NCBI GenBank assembly: GCA_038870975.1 | Contig: JAVZJD010000001.1 | Span: forward strand, 128,001 to 192,000 | Source: Candidatus Bathyarchaeia archaeon | GTDB taxonomy: Archaea; Thermoproteota; CALKCG01; B24 | Reading direction: 5' to 3' | DNA length: 64,000 bases | Shown: positions 47,239-57,766 of the stretch, in pieces | How the letters are laid out: every line of letters begins with the position of its first letter | How positions within the stretch are numbered: position 1 is the first letter of the stretch | Translations under genes and position numbers: made by a program | Notes under the pieces: generated by a model | Databases searched by the model: none | What the model saw: only the letters and a program-made list of their open reading frames with translations | Told to the model about the DNA's origin: nothing

Positions 47239-48894
47239 CATCAAGTTTATTTCAAAACCTGCTGAAGGATTTTCAAGTCCAAAGTTTTCAAGAACCTCTG
47301 GATGTATTTCACCTAGAAATCCTAGATTTTCACCAGTTGTAGCCTCTATGAATCCTATTCGTCCTTCTATGAAACTTGGGTGTTCACCAGGTTTTATGTA
47401 AAATTTTACGTCCAGAATCTTAAGTAGAGTATCTACCACGGCTTTAATTTCAGCATAGTCTGCTTCGGAATGTATTGAAACGGCGGCTAGTTTCCTAACG
47501 TTAATGGCTCCTGTTTCAGAATTTTCATCTAAGATTACAACATCATCTACTTCAAATATTCTCTGTGGATACTCTCTATGCCTATTTCTGGACAGTATCT
47601 TCATAAGACATGGCATAAGCCAATTCCTACAAACCGTATATTCAATTGTCTTAGGGTTTTCCAACTCCACGACTGGCTCTGGCTTAACTCTCATCGCTGT
47701 GAATAACTCGTATGGATTTGTTAAGACGTCTGTTATAACCTCTTGAAAACCTAAACCCACCATGACGAGTCTAACTTTTGCTGAAAACCTCTCCATATAG
47801 CTTTCACCACCTCTCGTGAAGACTTTAGGGATTTCTGGCTTTATACGGTCATACCTATATGCTATAGCTACATCCTCTACTAAATCTACTGGATGCATTA
47901 TATCGACTCTATAAGCTGGTACTTTTACTAGGACTTCTTCTTCAGAATATTCAGTAGCATCGTACCTCATCTTATGTAAGAACTCTAAAACTTCACTTAT
48001 AGTTAGCTTTTCGCCGAGAATCTTATTCACAAAGTCTAGGGAAAGTTTTACTTCTTGAATTTTTAAGTCAGGGGATTCGAAAACCTTTCCAAAAGGTGTT
48101 TCAACTGGATATAAGACTTTAACTCTGTATATCTCACCCCCTCTTTCAGCTAGTGAAGTAACAATTATATTCAACACGGAGTTCACTATTTTCCAATCTA
48201 AGCCAGTACAGTCTATGAAGATATTTCTCGTATTTGTATCAACTTTAGTATAATCTGAGTTTATTATAGGGGGCATTGAAAGCACTAACCCTTGTGAGTC
48301 TTCAATGATGGGGTATCTATCGAATCCAGCAAGAATGTATCCGTATTCTAAACCTTTAGGGTGATTTTCTAAAATTTCTTTAAGCGTCATCTCTCTACTG
48401 TGGTCTAAAGGTCTAAATTTGAAGTCTGAAGCTTTAACCGTGTATCTAACTGGAGGCTTGAATTTATCTAAGTCGTGAACTCCAATGGATGCTTTCCTAC
48501 GATTTCTACAGTAGGAAACATGAAGCTTCTCTTGTAGTTGGATGATACTCTTTAAAACCTCCTCGTCCATTGGTATATTTTTTACAACAGCGAATACTGA
48601 ACACGGTCGTATTTCACATACAGCCCTATCAACGTAAACGTTGAAAAAACTTGAATTAACGATATAATGAGGGGCACCTTTACTAAGACCCAAAAAACCT
48701 CTATACGCTCTTGCAAGCCCTTCGGGACTCAGCATGTCTGGTCTATTGGGAAAAATTTCTACTTCAAAGCCTTCACTATCGTCCCGTTCCCAGCCTAGAC
48801 CGATCATGGGGAGTTCATTTCTAAGACGGGTTAATGATAGGGTTAAACCTACAAGCCTTTCAAAATCTTTCAAGCCTACTCTTATCACAGGCAT
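47200..48894 (-). CDS. pheT: Phenylalanyl-tRNA synthetase beta subunit
   Basis: NRPDMLS.EG, QEKLH, SIGVHD, SMPPIIN, R.DIMHPVD.VED, GEIHPEVL. Confidence 0.97.
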   Translation of the reverse strand: MPVIRVGLKDFERLVGLTLSLTRLRNELPMIGLGWERDDSEGFEVEIFPNRPDMLSPEGLARAYRGFLGLSKGAPHYIVNSSFFNVYVDRAVCEIRPCSVFAVVKNIPMDEEVLKSIIQLQEKLHVSYCRNRRKASIGVHDLDKFKPPVRYTVKASDFKFRPLDHSREMTLKEILENHPKGLEYGYILAGFDRYPIIEDSQGLVLSMPPIINSDYTKVDTNTRNIFIDCTGLDWKIVNSVLNIIVTSLAERGGEIYRVKVLYPVETPFGKVFESPDLKIQEVKLSLDFVNKILGEKLTISEVLEFLHKMRYDATEYSEEEVLVKVPAYRVDIMHPVDLVEDVAIAYRYDRIKPEIPKVFTRGGESYMERFSAKVRLVMVGLGFQEVITDVLTNPYELFTAMRVKPEPVVELENPKTIEYTVCRNWLMPCLMKILSRNRHREYPQRIFEVDDVVILDENSETGAINVRKLAAVSIHSEADYAEIKAVVDTLLKILDVKFYIKPGEHPSFIEGRIGFIEATTGENLGFLGEIHPEVLENFGLENPSAGFEINLMSIVRLKGFGQKP

Positions 48895-48900
48895 CTTGGC

Positions 48901-50406
48901 TCACCTAATCCAAACTGGCGCATTTCTAAGAAAGTCAAGGTCATTCATGACGAGGTCTCTCATATCTTCAAGACCGTAATTTAGCATTATGATTCTACCT
49001 GGACCTAAACCCCATGCTAAAACTGGTATCTCTCTTCCAAGAAGAGGTTTAACTACTTCTGGCCTGAAGATCCCAGCTCCAGCTAATTCAATCCATTTAT
49101 CCATAGCAGGATAATAAACTTCAACTTCAAGCGAGGGCTCGGTATAAGGAAAATAGGCGGGTCTAAATCTAGCATCTGGAAATCCAAGCTTTTTAAAGAA
49201 TTCTTTAAGATATCCTATGAGGTGCTTCATACTTGCGTTTTCATCAACTACGATTCCCTCGGTCTGATAGAATTCGCAGAGGTGAGTACGATCAGGTTTT
49301 TCATTTCTAAAAACTTTACTTACAGCGAAGAATTTAGCTGGAAGCTCTGCATCCCTGAGAACAGCTAATGTCCTAGCTGATAGACATGTTGTGTGTGTTC
49401 TTAGAAGTGTTTTCTTGGATTCCTCGGGATCCCAATGATAACCCCAACCCCTAGAACCTGTTGTCCATCCGGATTCATGAGTTTCCTCAATCTTTTTAAC
49501 TAGATCTTGATCTTGCAGTCTACCGAATTTAGGAGTCTTAACGTAGAATGTATCTTGCAGGTCTCTAGCTGGATGATCTTGAGGAACGTATAGAGCATCA
49601 TAATTCCAGAAGCATATTTCAAGTATGGGTCCCTCCATCTCCATGAAGCCCATTTCAATCCACACCTGTCTTATGTAGTCTAACACTTCTCTTACAAAGT
49701 TCAGTCTGCCAATCGGTATTCTATAACTTGGAAGTGTAACATCGTACTTCTTAAAAAGAACATTCCTCCATTTACCTGAAACTATTAGTTCTCTAGTTAA
49801 TCTAGAGACTTCTTCTAGGATTTCAACCTCACCTTTTAAAGCCTCTTCTCCAAGGGTACTCAAAGAAATGAATCTAGCGGAAGATTTCTCTATTTTAATG
49901 AGTTTCCTTTCTTTTAGAATATCAATAGCCTCCCTTAATTCCGGAGGGAGGCTACTCATGTAAATTCTACCTTCTGAGGCTATGAGCTCTATGAGTTTTT
50001 CATCAGCACCTTTAAAAGCTTCAGTCAATATTTCTACTTTTCCGGCTTTTACAATACCCCAGCCCTTCTTTTTAAGCCAAGCGAGGCCTATTGGCTTCTC
50101 CCAATCTTCGAGATTTACAAGCTCGGATATGCTTATGACACGTTTGACCCTAGCTTGCTCTACTACACGTCTCTCAGGCAGACCGAGTTTGAAATATCTA
50201 AACCCTTCATCTGTGAGTGTTATAACACTATCTTCTTTCGTTCTTATGCTAAGAAGACCCTTCAAACTCAGGTTTAAAGCTAACGTAAAAACCTTATCCG
50301 AAGGAAGTTTCATTTCCGATGCCACAAGCTCTACAGGTGCATCTTTACCAAGCTTCTCGAGAACCTTAAGGAGCCTTGCCTCATCTTCAGAAAGCCTAAA
50401 CTTCAA
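48901..50406 (-). CDS. pheS: Phenylalanyl-tRNA synthetase alpha subunit
   Basis: PQDHPARDLQDTF, LRTHTT, FRNE, EFYQTEG, FPYTEPS, GAGIFRPE, AWGLG. Confidence 0.98.
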   Translation of the reverse strand: MKFRLSEDEARLLKVLEKLGKDAPVELVASEMKLPSDKVFTLALNLSLKGLLSIRTKEDSVITLTDEGFRYFKLGLPERRVVEQARVKRVISISELVNLEDWEKPIGLAWLKKKGWGIVKAGKVEILTEAFKGADEKLIELIASEGRIYMSSLPPELREAIDILKERKLIKIEKSSARFISLSTLGEEALKGEVEILEEVSRLTRELIVSGKWRNVLFKKYDVTLPSYRIPIGRLNFVREVLDYIRQVWIEMGFMEMEGPILEICFWNYDALYVPQDHPARDLQDTFYVKTPKFGRLQDQDLVKKIEETHESGWTTGSRGWGYHWDPEESKKTLLRTHTTCLSARTLAVLRDAELPAKFFAVSKVFRNEKPDRTHLCEFYQTEGIVVDENASMKHLIGYLKEFFKKLGFPDARFRPAYFPYTEPSLEVEVYYPAMDKWIELAGAGIFRPEVVKPLLGREIPVLAWGLGPGRIIMLNYGLEDMRDLVMNDLDFLRNAPVWIR

Positions 50407-50409
50407 AAT

Positions 50410-51498
50410 CTACACTTCCCCGTAAACAATTCTCTTAGCTATTTCGACTGCAGTCTTAAGTTTTTCGTGGTGTTTTTCTAGGAATGCTTCAACGAAGTCG
50501 GCTGCTAACAGTTTGCACTCGCCACAGATTATCCTTCCAGCAATGCAATCTTCATATAATTCCGTAAGTTTACCGCTGAATGGATAGTTAAATTTGAGAA
50601 ATTCATAAACCTTGCATAGGTTTGGATTTCCACCAAATTTCTTCTGCTCTGCAATCGTAGGCTGCCCTCCGGTGAAAGCATTCATGATTTTTCCAGCAGC
50701 GACTTTAGGTGGATCGCCTAAGAATATACAAGTTTCTGGGTCGCTCTTAGACATCTTCTTACCAGCCTTAAGTCCAGATAAATGGACTATTATGAGGGCT
50801 GAGGGGAGTTCAAAGTCGTAGGATAGACGTGCCGCTAAGTCTCTAACGGCTCTTATATGCGGATCTTGTTCAGCTGCAATTACGGTAATCGAGGGCATCC
50901 TCCCTTCATACTCTGGAAGCTGAGGATGAAGAATATCTGCATACTGAAGTAGATTTGCAGCAATCTTACCGATGTCTAAATGCCCATAGATGGCTCTAAA
51001 CGTACTTTCAGTTATCTTTTTAGAAACCTCAAATGCAAATTCGTAGTACCGCCTCTCTTTTCTACTTTGAACATAAACGTCTTTCTCATCCAAGCCCAAT
51101 GCCAATACGTGCGATAAATTTTCAACAGCATATTTCTTAGCTACTTCTAGTGATGGAATCCTGCTGTCGGGTCTACTCACATAAGCATCTATATCGCATA
51201 TGGCAAAATAGTTCCTTCCACCATTATCTTTGAAGAACTTGAATACATCTACGATTATCTTATGACCGAAGTGCAGTTCGCCTGAGGCAGCTATCCCAGT
51301 CATATTTATAAAAGGTCTCTTGGATATAATACGGTCGTATACTTTTTCAAAGTCTCTTTGACCGATGACTATGTTTCTTTCGAAGCTCAAATGTTTAAGA
51401 TTGGATTTAATCTCTTCGGAAATCCTCTTTAGACCAAATTCTGTAAAAAGCTTTTCATAATCTTCTATGACCTCGGAACCCCATGGGTCTATAGTCAA
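50410..51498 (-). CDS. trpS: Tryptophanyl-tRNA synthetase
   Basis: IDPWGS, HFGH, QYADIL.PQ, QDPH, KMSKS, AFTGG, CGECK. Start moved to TTG 51498. Confidence 0.95.
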   Translation of the reverse strand: MTIDPWGSEVIEDYEKLFTEFGLKRISEEIKSNLKHLSFERNIVIGQRDFEKVYDRIISKRPFINMTGIAASGELHFGHKIIVDVFKFFKDNGGRNYFAICDIDAYVSRPDSRIPSLEVAKKYAVENLSHVLALGLDEKDVYVQSRKERRYYEFAFEVSKKITESTFRAIYGHLDIGKIAANLLQYADILHPQLPEYEGRMPSITVIAAEQDPHIRAVRDLAARLSYDFELPSALIIVHLSGLKAGKKMSKSDPETCIFLGDPPKVAAGKIMNAFTGGQPTIAEQKKFGGNPNLCKVYEFLKFNYPFSGKLTELYEDCIAGRIICGECKLLAADFVEAFLEKHHEKLKTAVEIAKRIVYGEV

Positions 51499-51701
51499 GG
51501 AGACACCATACCCTCTGAAACTTAGGAGTTTACTAAGCACTCGGATTATTTAAATGTGCCACTTTTTAAAGTATTCAGCCTCTTATAAAAATTCTTACCG
51601 TAGGCGTAAACCATTTTAAACTCCTTAATCTGCAACGAAGTTTAAGAATATTCAATGAAAAACCTTAAGACTCCAATGTGTATAATTTTGAAGGTGATTT
51701 T

Positions 51702-52502
51702 GTGAAGATATACATCCTAACTGATTTAGAAGGCATCGGCTATATCGTTAGAGAAGAGCAAACAAATCCAGGTAGTAGCGAGTATCAGGAGGCCTGCTTA
51801 CTGCTAACCAGAGAAGTCAACGCGGCCATAGATGGTGCATTAGATGGAGGGGCGACGGAGATAATTGTCAACGATTTGCATGGGGCACGTGGTGGCTTCA
51901 ACCTTGTACCTGAGGAATTACATGAGTGTGCTAAGTATGTTGCAGGTGGACCGAGGACCCGCAGAGTAGCTTGTATAGATGAATCTTTCGACTTAGCATT
52001 TATGATAGGTTATCATGCTATGGCTGGCACCCAGGGAGCCGTTCTAGACCATACGATGTCAACTAGAGTTATAGTCGATGCTTACATAAATGATCGTAGA
52101 ATTGGAGAGATAGGGATTGACGCCTCTATACTTGGATATTTCAACGTACCCGTAGGCTTGGTCAGTGGTTGTAGAATGGCTGTAGAGGAAGCTAAGGCAT
52201 TGTTAGGCAACGTTGAAGGGGTGGTTGTTAAAGAAGGGCTTAGCAGAAACTTCGCGGTATGCCTACCTCCCGTAAAATGTAGGAAGCTTATTCGAGAGGC
52301 GGCTAAAAGAGCTATACAAAGGGCGGGAGAGTTTAAACCGTTTAAAGTAAATCCACCGATCACTGTAAAAGTAAAGTATTCTCATCCAAGTTATGCAGAT
52401 ATACAGGCTAGGATTCCAAAAGTTGAACGGGAGGATTCTAGGACCATAGTAGTACGAGGGGAAGACCTATTGGAAGTTCTACACGTATTAGGATGGTATT
52501 AA
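51702..52502 (+). CDS. M55 family D-aminopeptidase (DppA-like)
   Basis: DLEG, DLHG, GYHA, HT, GEIG. GTG at 51702 follows GGTGA. Confidence 0.9.
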   Translation: MKIYILTDLEGIGYIVREEQTNPGSSEYQEACLLLTREVNAAIDGALDGGATEIIVNDLHGARGGFNLVPEELHECAKYVAGGPRTRRVACIDESFDLAFMIGYHAMAGTQGAVLDHTMSTRVIVDAYINDRRIGEIGIDASILGYFNVPVGLVSGCRMAVEEAKALLGNVEGVVVKEGLSRNFAVCLPPVKCRKLIREAAKRAIQRAGEFKPFKVNPPITVKVKYSHPSYADIQARIPKVEREDSRTIVVRGEDLLEVLHVLGWY

Positions 52503-52681
52503 AGGCTAATCACAGTATGCATTAGTTAACTATCAACCAAGAGGAATATTAGTTAGTAAACCATACCCTATTTTATCTTAAATTTTTACGCGGAAGCGTA
52601 CTGAGGTTCTTTACGCTTGATCAGAATGCGTTAAAAGAATTTAAAGTAGAAGTTTAGAGAAGTAAATATCGAGGGAATTCC

Positions 52682-53608
52682 TTGCCTTCAATTAAGGGAA
52701 GAGATGTAATATCCATAATGGACTTTACAAAAGAAGAGATAGAATATATACTCAGCAAGACTGACGAAATTCAAAGACTTTCACTCGAAAGAAGGGAGCT
52801 ACTTAAAGGAAAGGTAATGGCCATACTTTTCTTTGAACCTAGTACGAGAACTCGAATAAGCTTTGAAGCAGCTATGAAGAAACTTGGCGGAGAAACTGTA
52901 GACATGTCTGAGCCGAAAAGAGCTTCCATAGAAAAGGGAGAAAACTTGACAGACACTATAAGGGTTATAGATAACTATGTGGATGTTATAGTGATTAGAC
53001 ATCCATTAGAGGGATCTGCTAGACTCGCCGCTGAAGTAGCGGAAAATCCAGTTATAAACGGAGGATCTGGAGCTGAAGAACACCCAACACAAGCACTTTT
53101 AGATCTTTACACAATCAAGAGAGAGAAAGGGAGAATAGATGGGTTAACAATAGCGTTTGTAGGAGATTTGAAGTATAGTAGGACTGTACATTCGTTGAGC
53201 ATAGCTTTGACAAATTACAATATCAAAAAAGTGTACTTTATCTCACCATCGATCCTTAAAATGCGTAGGGAAATCCTAGAATACGTTTCAAATAGACTGC
53301 CGATTGAAGAATTAGATGATGTAAGCGATGTAATAGAAGAGGTAGATGTACTTTATGTTACGAGGATTCAGAAGGAGAGGTTTAGCGATATATCTGAATA
53401 CATGAGGGTTAAAGGTAGTTACAAGATCACATTAGACCACGTTAAGAAAATGAAGATGGACGCGATAATAATGCATCCTCTGCCTAGAGTGGATGAGATA
53501 GACTATTCAGTCGATCAGATGCCTCAGGCTAAATACTTTAGACAGGTATACTATGGACTTCTAATTAGAATGAGCTTATTGTCTTTGATACTGGGGGCTG
53601 TAGAATGA
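52682..53608 (+). CDS. pyrB: Aspartate carbamoyltransferase catalytic subunit
   Basis: FFEPSTRT, KGE, HPTQ, GDLKYSRT, TRIQKER, HPLPR. Confidence 0.98.
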   Translation: MPSIKGRDVISIMDFTKEEIEYILSKTDEIQRLSLERRELLKGKVMAILFFEPSTRTRISFEAAMKKLGGETVDMSEPKRASIEKGENLTDTIRVIDNYVDVIVIRHPLEGSARLAAEVAENPVINGGSGAEEHPTQALLDLYTIKREKGRIDGLTIAFVGDLKYSRTVHSLSIALTNYNIKKVYFISPSILKMRREILEYVSNRLPIEELDDVSDVIEEVDVLYVTRIQKERFSDISEYMRVKGSYKITLDHVKKMKMDAIIMHPLPRVDEIDYSVDQMPQAKYFRQVYYGLLIRMSLLSLILGAVE

Positions 53609-53877
53609 TGGTTGATGTAAACCTAGACCCCAAGGTTCTCATAAATTTTCTACAAGTGCTATACGGTCTATTAAAAGACGGGTGTACGTATGTTTTCAAA
53701 GCTATTTTAGGAGAGTCTTTCCCAAGATATGGAGAAATCCTAATACCATTAACTGTCTTAACGCTTATCTACTTACTATTAGAGCTGTCAAACGCATTTA
53801 GAAAAGTACTCGGAGTTATACTTGCATTATCTTGGGCGATTTTCATAACGTCACTTTTACTTGAAAAATTTCTATAG
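53605..53877 (+). CDS. Small hypothetical membrane protein
   Basis: Two hydrophobic segments. ATGA overlap with pyrB. Confidence 0.6.
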   Translation: MMVDVNLDPKVLINFLQVLYGLLKDGCTYVFKAILGESFPRYGEILIPLTVLTLIYLLLELSNAFRKVLGVILALSWAIFITSLLLEKFL

Positions 53878-53882
53878 AAAGG

Positions 53883-54398
53883 TTAAATTATTTTCATAAG
53901 TTCTTCTTTACTCTTCCTGTCAAGCTTTTCATAATTCTCTATTAGGTATAGATTTTCATCAAAGTCAAATATTACTATAGTATTACCAATCCTGAATACA
54001 TTTCTTCTACTTCGTACTTTGAAAGACCTATCTCCCCTATTCGTCTTAACATTACATATAAAGAATTCTCCAGTATATGTTATCTCTTTTATCTTCTCTA
54101 TAAGTGGAATAAAATATTTTTTGTTTATAACATACTCTAAACATTTAATGGAATCTTTATCAAGCATACGAATGTCAGATATTACACACAAGTCTTCTCC
54201 AGAGGATTTTAATCTAAAGATTACATAATTTGGGTTTGATAAGGGGAATGGTTTAATTGGATCAATATCTCTGTACGCCACTCCATCTATGTAAAGGATC
54301 AACGTATCGTTGGAAGTATCATAATCAATTCTCACTCTGCTAGGGTCTATAACCTTAAGAAGTGCTTTTGCATAGTACTCTATACTCGTCATGGACAT
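53883..54398 (-). CDS. DUF1854 family protein
   Basis: P.KPFPLSNP, YFIP.I, V.TNRG...F, D..N.Y.I...LD..S. Coupled to the ABC gene. Confidence 0.75.
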   Translation of the reverse strand: MSMTSIEYYAKALLKVIDPSRVRIDYDTSNDTLILYIDGVAYRDIDPIKPFPLSNPNYVIFRLKSSGEDLCVISDIRMLDKDSIKCLEYVINKKYFIPLIEKIKEITYTGEFFICNVKTNRGDRSFKVRSRRNVFRIGNTIVIFDFDENLYLIENYEKLDRKSKEELMKII

Positions 54399-56524
54399 TA
54401 CACCCGCACTTCAACTGGCTTCTCGAGAAACTGAGTATTCCAAAGTTTAGCGTATAATCCATTTCTTCGAAGAAGCTCTTCGTGCGTCCCAACTTCGACT
54501 ATTTTTCCATTATCTACGACTATTAATCTATCGGCGTCTTTCACAGTGCTGAGTCTATGAGCTATTATTATCGTAGTTCTTCCTCTCGATAACTCATCTA
54601 GAGCCTTTTTAATAGAATCTTCAGTAATAGTATCAACACTACTTGTCGCTTCATCTAAAATCAATATCCGCGGATCAGATATAATCGCTCTAGCAATAGC
54701 TATTCTCTGCTTCTCCCCACCGGACAACATACTTCCACCTTCGCCACACGGCATATCATAACCCAAAGGTTTCTGGATTATGAAATCGTGAGCTGCTGCT
54801 ACTTTGGCCGCAGCTATTATCTCTTCTAAAGATGCATTGGGCTTACCGTAACGTATGTTGTTCGCTATAGTATCATTGAATAATCTAGGTTCTTGACTAA
54901 CTATACCTATTTGTCTTCTAAGACTCTCGAGTCGAATCTTCTTTATATCTATGCCATCTATCAATATTCTACCTTCGTCTACATCATAGAATCTCATGAG
55001 AAGCTTTACAATCGTCGTTTTACCCCCTCCAGTTGGCCCAACAATACCTATCTTTTCACCTGGCTTTATTTCAAAGCTCACATTCTTTAAAACATACATG
55101 TACGGTAGGTAGCCGAAAGAAACATTATCAAATACAACACTACCCTTGATTTTCAGATCTTTACAATCTACTTCATCTCGAATCTTAGGTTCCATATTCA
55201 TAATACTTTGAATTCTTTCAGCAGCAGTACTGGCTCTCTTCATCGGTTCAACCATGCTAACAAGATTCCACACTGGACCATAAAACTGGCTAACGTATGA
55301 AATAAAGGCTGATAAAGTTCCAAGAGTTAAAGTACCTCCTAAAACTTCATATCCTCCAATCCACCAGATCACCGCCGTTCCAACAGACATAACTAGGCCC
55401 AACATTGGAAAGAACTGCAGGTTAAGTTTCGTAGACCTTAAACCTGCTACGATAACGTCACGGAGTTTAAGCTTAAGCTTTTCTTCCTCAGTCTTCTCCA
55501 TAACGTGGGATTTAACCGTTGAAAAACCAGGTATGACATCTACAAGTAAAGCTGATACATCGGCCCATCTTCTCCATTCATAATGGTATACCCATGTAGA
55601 TTTCTTATTGAATAGGAAGACCCCAAGACCGAGTATAGGTAGGGGGATTAAAGCAATTAAGCTTAATCTGGGTTCCAATATGAGTATCATCATTGCTACT
55701 GATGCAAGGGACACTATACTCCTAAGAAGCTGTTCAAGTCCCCATGATAAAAACCAGTTAACCCTACCAACATCATCTGTTATTCTCGATATTAAACGTC
55801 CAGCTTCATAAGTATCTAGTATACTCGGCTGGAAACTCATTATATGGTTAAACATCTTAACCCTTATATCGTACATTGCTTTGAGGCTAACATAGGATAG
55901 ACTGTAACTACGTATTATCCCAAGTATCGTACTTACCACTTGGGTGAGTATTATCGCGATTATTACTTGCGATAGAAGTTCCTTCTTATGCCCTAGGATA
56001 ACGTCATCTATGAGCATTCTCATAAAGTATGGTGGTAAAAGCCCTAAGAAAATACTAGCAATCCCAGTTAATATTCCCATAGTAAGGAGAAATTTATATG
56101 GAGTGACGAATTTTAGAATATACAATATGGGGCCTGTTTTAAGCCTAGGTTTTTCTTCCTTTTCCTCGGAAAGCTCTTCCTGTTCAACCCCTCTTAGAAG
56201 CGTTAGATTTTCTATAAGTTTAACGGCATCTCCAAACTTTTTTCTTAGAGAACGCGAGAATCTTATAATCGAAGTGGTCGAACTATCTTTTAAAACAATC
56301 TTAAGCTCAGCATTTCCAACATAGTCTTCTATTTTGACGGAGCTTATATCCATCAGATTTACTGACTTTTCAACCATAAGATTAGCATCGGTTGTTACTA
56401 CTCTTCTGTCTGTGATTATGAGAAAACTGCGACCAAACATCCCGCTTTTAGTGAGGTCGCTTTCAAAGCATGCAAGAAACTTTTCCCCTTCTTGAAGTAT
56501 ATTTTTAAAGTCCTTATGTTGCAT
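54398..56524 (-). CDS. ABC exporter (permease + ATPase) with an N-terminal PH-like extension
   Basis: Six-TM domain, GPTGGGKT, LSGGEKQR, ILDEATS, IAHRLST. Extra ~120-aa N-terminal domain. Confidence 0.93.
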   Translation of the reverse strand: MQHKDFKNILQEGEKFLACFESDLTKSGMFGRSFLIITDRRVVTTDANLMVEKSVNLMDISSVKIEDYVGNAELKIVLKDSSTTSIIRFSRSLRKKFGDAVKLIENLTLLRGVEQEELSEEKEEKPRLKTGPILYILKFVTPYKFLLTMGILTGIASIFLGLLPPYFMRMLIDDVILGHKKELLSQVIIAIILTQVVSTILGIIRSYSLSYVSLKAMYDIRVKMFNHIMSFQPSILDTYEAGRLISRITDDVGRVNWFLSWGLEQLLRSIVSLASVAMMILILEPRLSLIALIPLPILGLGVFLFNKKSTWVYHYEWRRWADVSALLVDVIPGFSTVKSHVMEKTEEEKLKLKLRDVIVAGLRSTKLNLQFFPMLGLVMSVGTAVIWWIGGYEVLGGTLTLGTLSAFISYVSQFYGPVWNLVSMVEPMKRASTAAERIQSIMNMEPKIRDEVDCKDLKIKGSVVFDNVSFGYLPYMYVLKNVSFEIKPGEKIGIVGPTGGGKTTIVKLLMRFYDVDEGRILIDGIDIKKIRLESLRRQIGIVSQEPRLFNDTIANNIRYGKPNASLEEIIAAAKVAAAHDFIIQKPLGYDMPCGEGGSMLSGGEKQRIAIARAIISDPRILILDEATSSVDTITEDSIKKALDELSRGRTTIIIAHRLSTVKDADRLIVVDNGKIVEVGTHEELLRRNGLYAKLWNTQFLEKPVEVRV

Positions 56525-56649
56525 TCCTTTCTTTTGGAAGAAAGAAAGAGGCTTTTAAACTTTATTGTAGCATATCTTGGTCAAATATTGGGTTAAGAAG
56601 AAAACATTTATACCATTAGATAAGCTGTCATTCTAATTTGAGGACCTAC

Positions 56650-57192
56650 ATGACTGAGGCTTACATAAAGGGTGTTAAAATTGAAGTCAAACATGGAAGT
56701 CTTCTAGAACTTGAAGTAGATGCTATTGTAAATCCGGCCAATAGTATGCTTATCATGGGAGGTGGAGTAGCCGGTGCAATTAAACGAGCAGGTGGAGAAG
56801 AAATAGAGAAAGAAGCAGTCAAAAATGCCCCCATTCCAATTGGTAAAGCCATAGTGACAACGGCGGGTAGGCTTAAAGCCAAAAATGTAATACATGCTCC
56901 AACTATGGAAAGACCCGGGCCTACAACAACTGAAAACGTCTATAGAGCTATGTATGCAACTTTAGAATTAGCGCAAAATATGAACTTTAGAAGTATTGCG
57001 ATCCCTGGTATGGGTACAGGTGTTGGAGGACTGTCTCCTAATGAAGCAACTGAAGCTATATTTAAGGCTTTAGAAGAATACTTGAATAGAGGTTTAAAAG
57101 TTAAAAATATAATCTTTGTAGATTTGAATGAAGAAGTTGTTGATGCTTTCAAAAGGGCGCTTAATGAGCTCATAGAGAAATATGGAAAATAG
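56650..57192 (+). CDS. Macro domain protein (ADP-ribose binding / hydrolase)
   Basis: AIVNPAN, GGGVAGAI, VIHAPT, PGMGTGVGG. Start moved to ATG 56650. Confidence 0.93.
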   Translation: MTEAYIKGVKIEVKHGSLLELEVDAIVNPANSMLIMGGGVAGAIKRAGGEEIEKEAVKNAPIPIGKAIVTTAGRLKAKNVIHAPTMERPGPTTTENVYRAMYATLELAQNMNFRSIAIPGMGTGVGGLSPNEATEAIFKALEEYLNRGLKVKNIIFVDLNEEVVDAFKRALNELIEKYGK

Positions 57193-57748
57193 GGCGACTA
57201 CTCCTCACTCTATCTGTAGAAGCTAGGGTTTTAATCCTCTCAACCCCTCCAATTTCCTTGATATATTCTGCCACTGGTTCTGGTACTAGTTCTTCCCAAT
57301 TATCACCTGTGGTAATCCTCCTACGTATCTCCGTAGCACTGTAAATCTCACGTCTAAAAAACGGGATTGAAGAAACCTTGAATCTTCCGTCTTCCTCAAA
57401 AAGCCTTCTAGTTAAAGGCTCATTCGTAAAAACTACTTGAAAACTAGGTGTCAATGATACTACGTGCTTAACCCATAAGGAATGCGTATGAATATCTGGA
57501 ATTGGAAGTATTAGAAACTTTTTCCTCTCTATTCCAGCCCACTCTAAAGCTCTGATTATCATAGTTATCCTCTCCCCGGCTGTGAATGGATTTTTTAAAG
57601 AGTGACTATATTGGGAACTTCCTACACCTATTATGATTTCACCAACTCTTTCAAGCATCCATTTAACTGCTTCAAGATGCCCTAAGTGGAAGGGCTGAAA
57701 ACGTCCTATGTAAAGACCTCTAAGAAGAACATTCAATTGCATTTCCAC
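57170..57748 (-). CDS. nadM: Nicotinamide-nucleotide adenylyltransferase
   Basis: GRFQPFHLGH, NPFTAGER, SATEIR, WEELVP. Confidence 0.95.
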   Translation of the reverse strand: MEMQLNVLLRGLYIGRFQPFHLGHLEAVKWMLERVGEIIIGVGSSQYSHSLKNPFTAGERITMIIRALEWAGIERKKFLILPIPDIHTHSLWVKHVVSLTPSFQVVFTNEPLTRRLFEEDGRFKVSSIPFFRREIYSATEIRRRITTGDNWEELVPEPVAEYIKEIGGVERIKTLASTDRVRSSRPIFHISL

Positions 57749-57766
57749 CTTAAAATGGGGAAAATT

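Noticed and set aside
52594-52618. AAGCGTA/TACGCTT inverted repeat upstream of pyrB
   Set aside because: Only 7 bp and a single instance. It could be an operator but cannot be told from chance.
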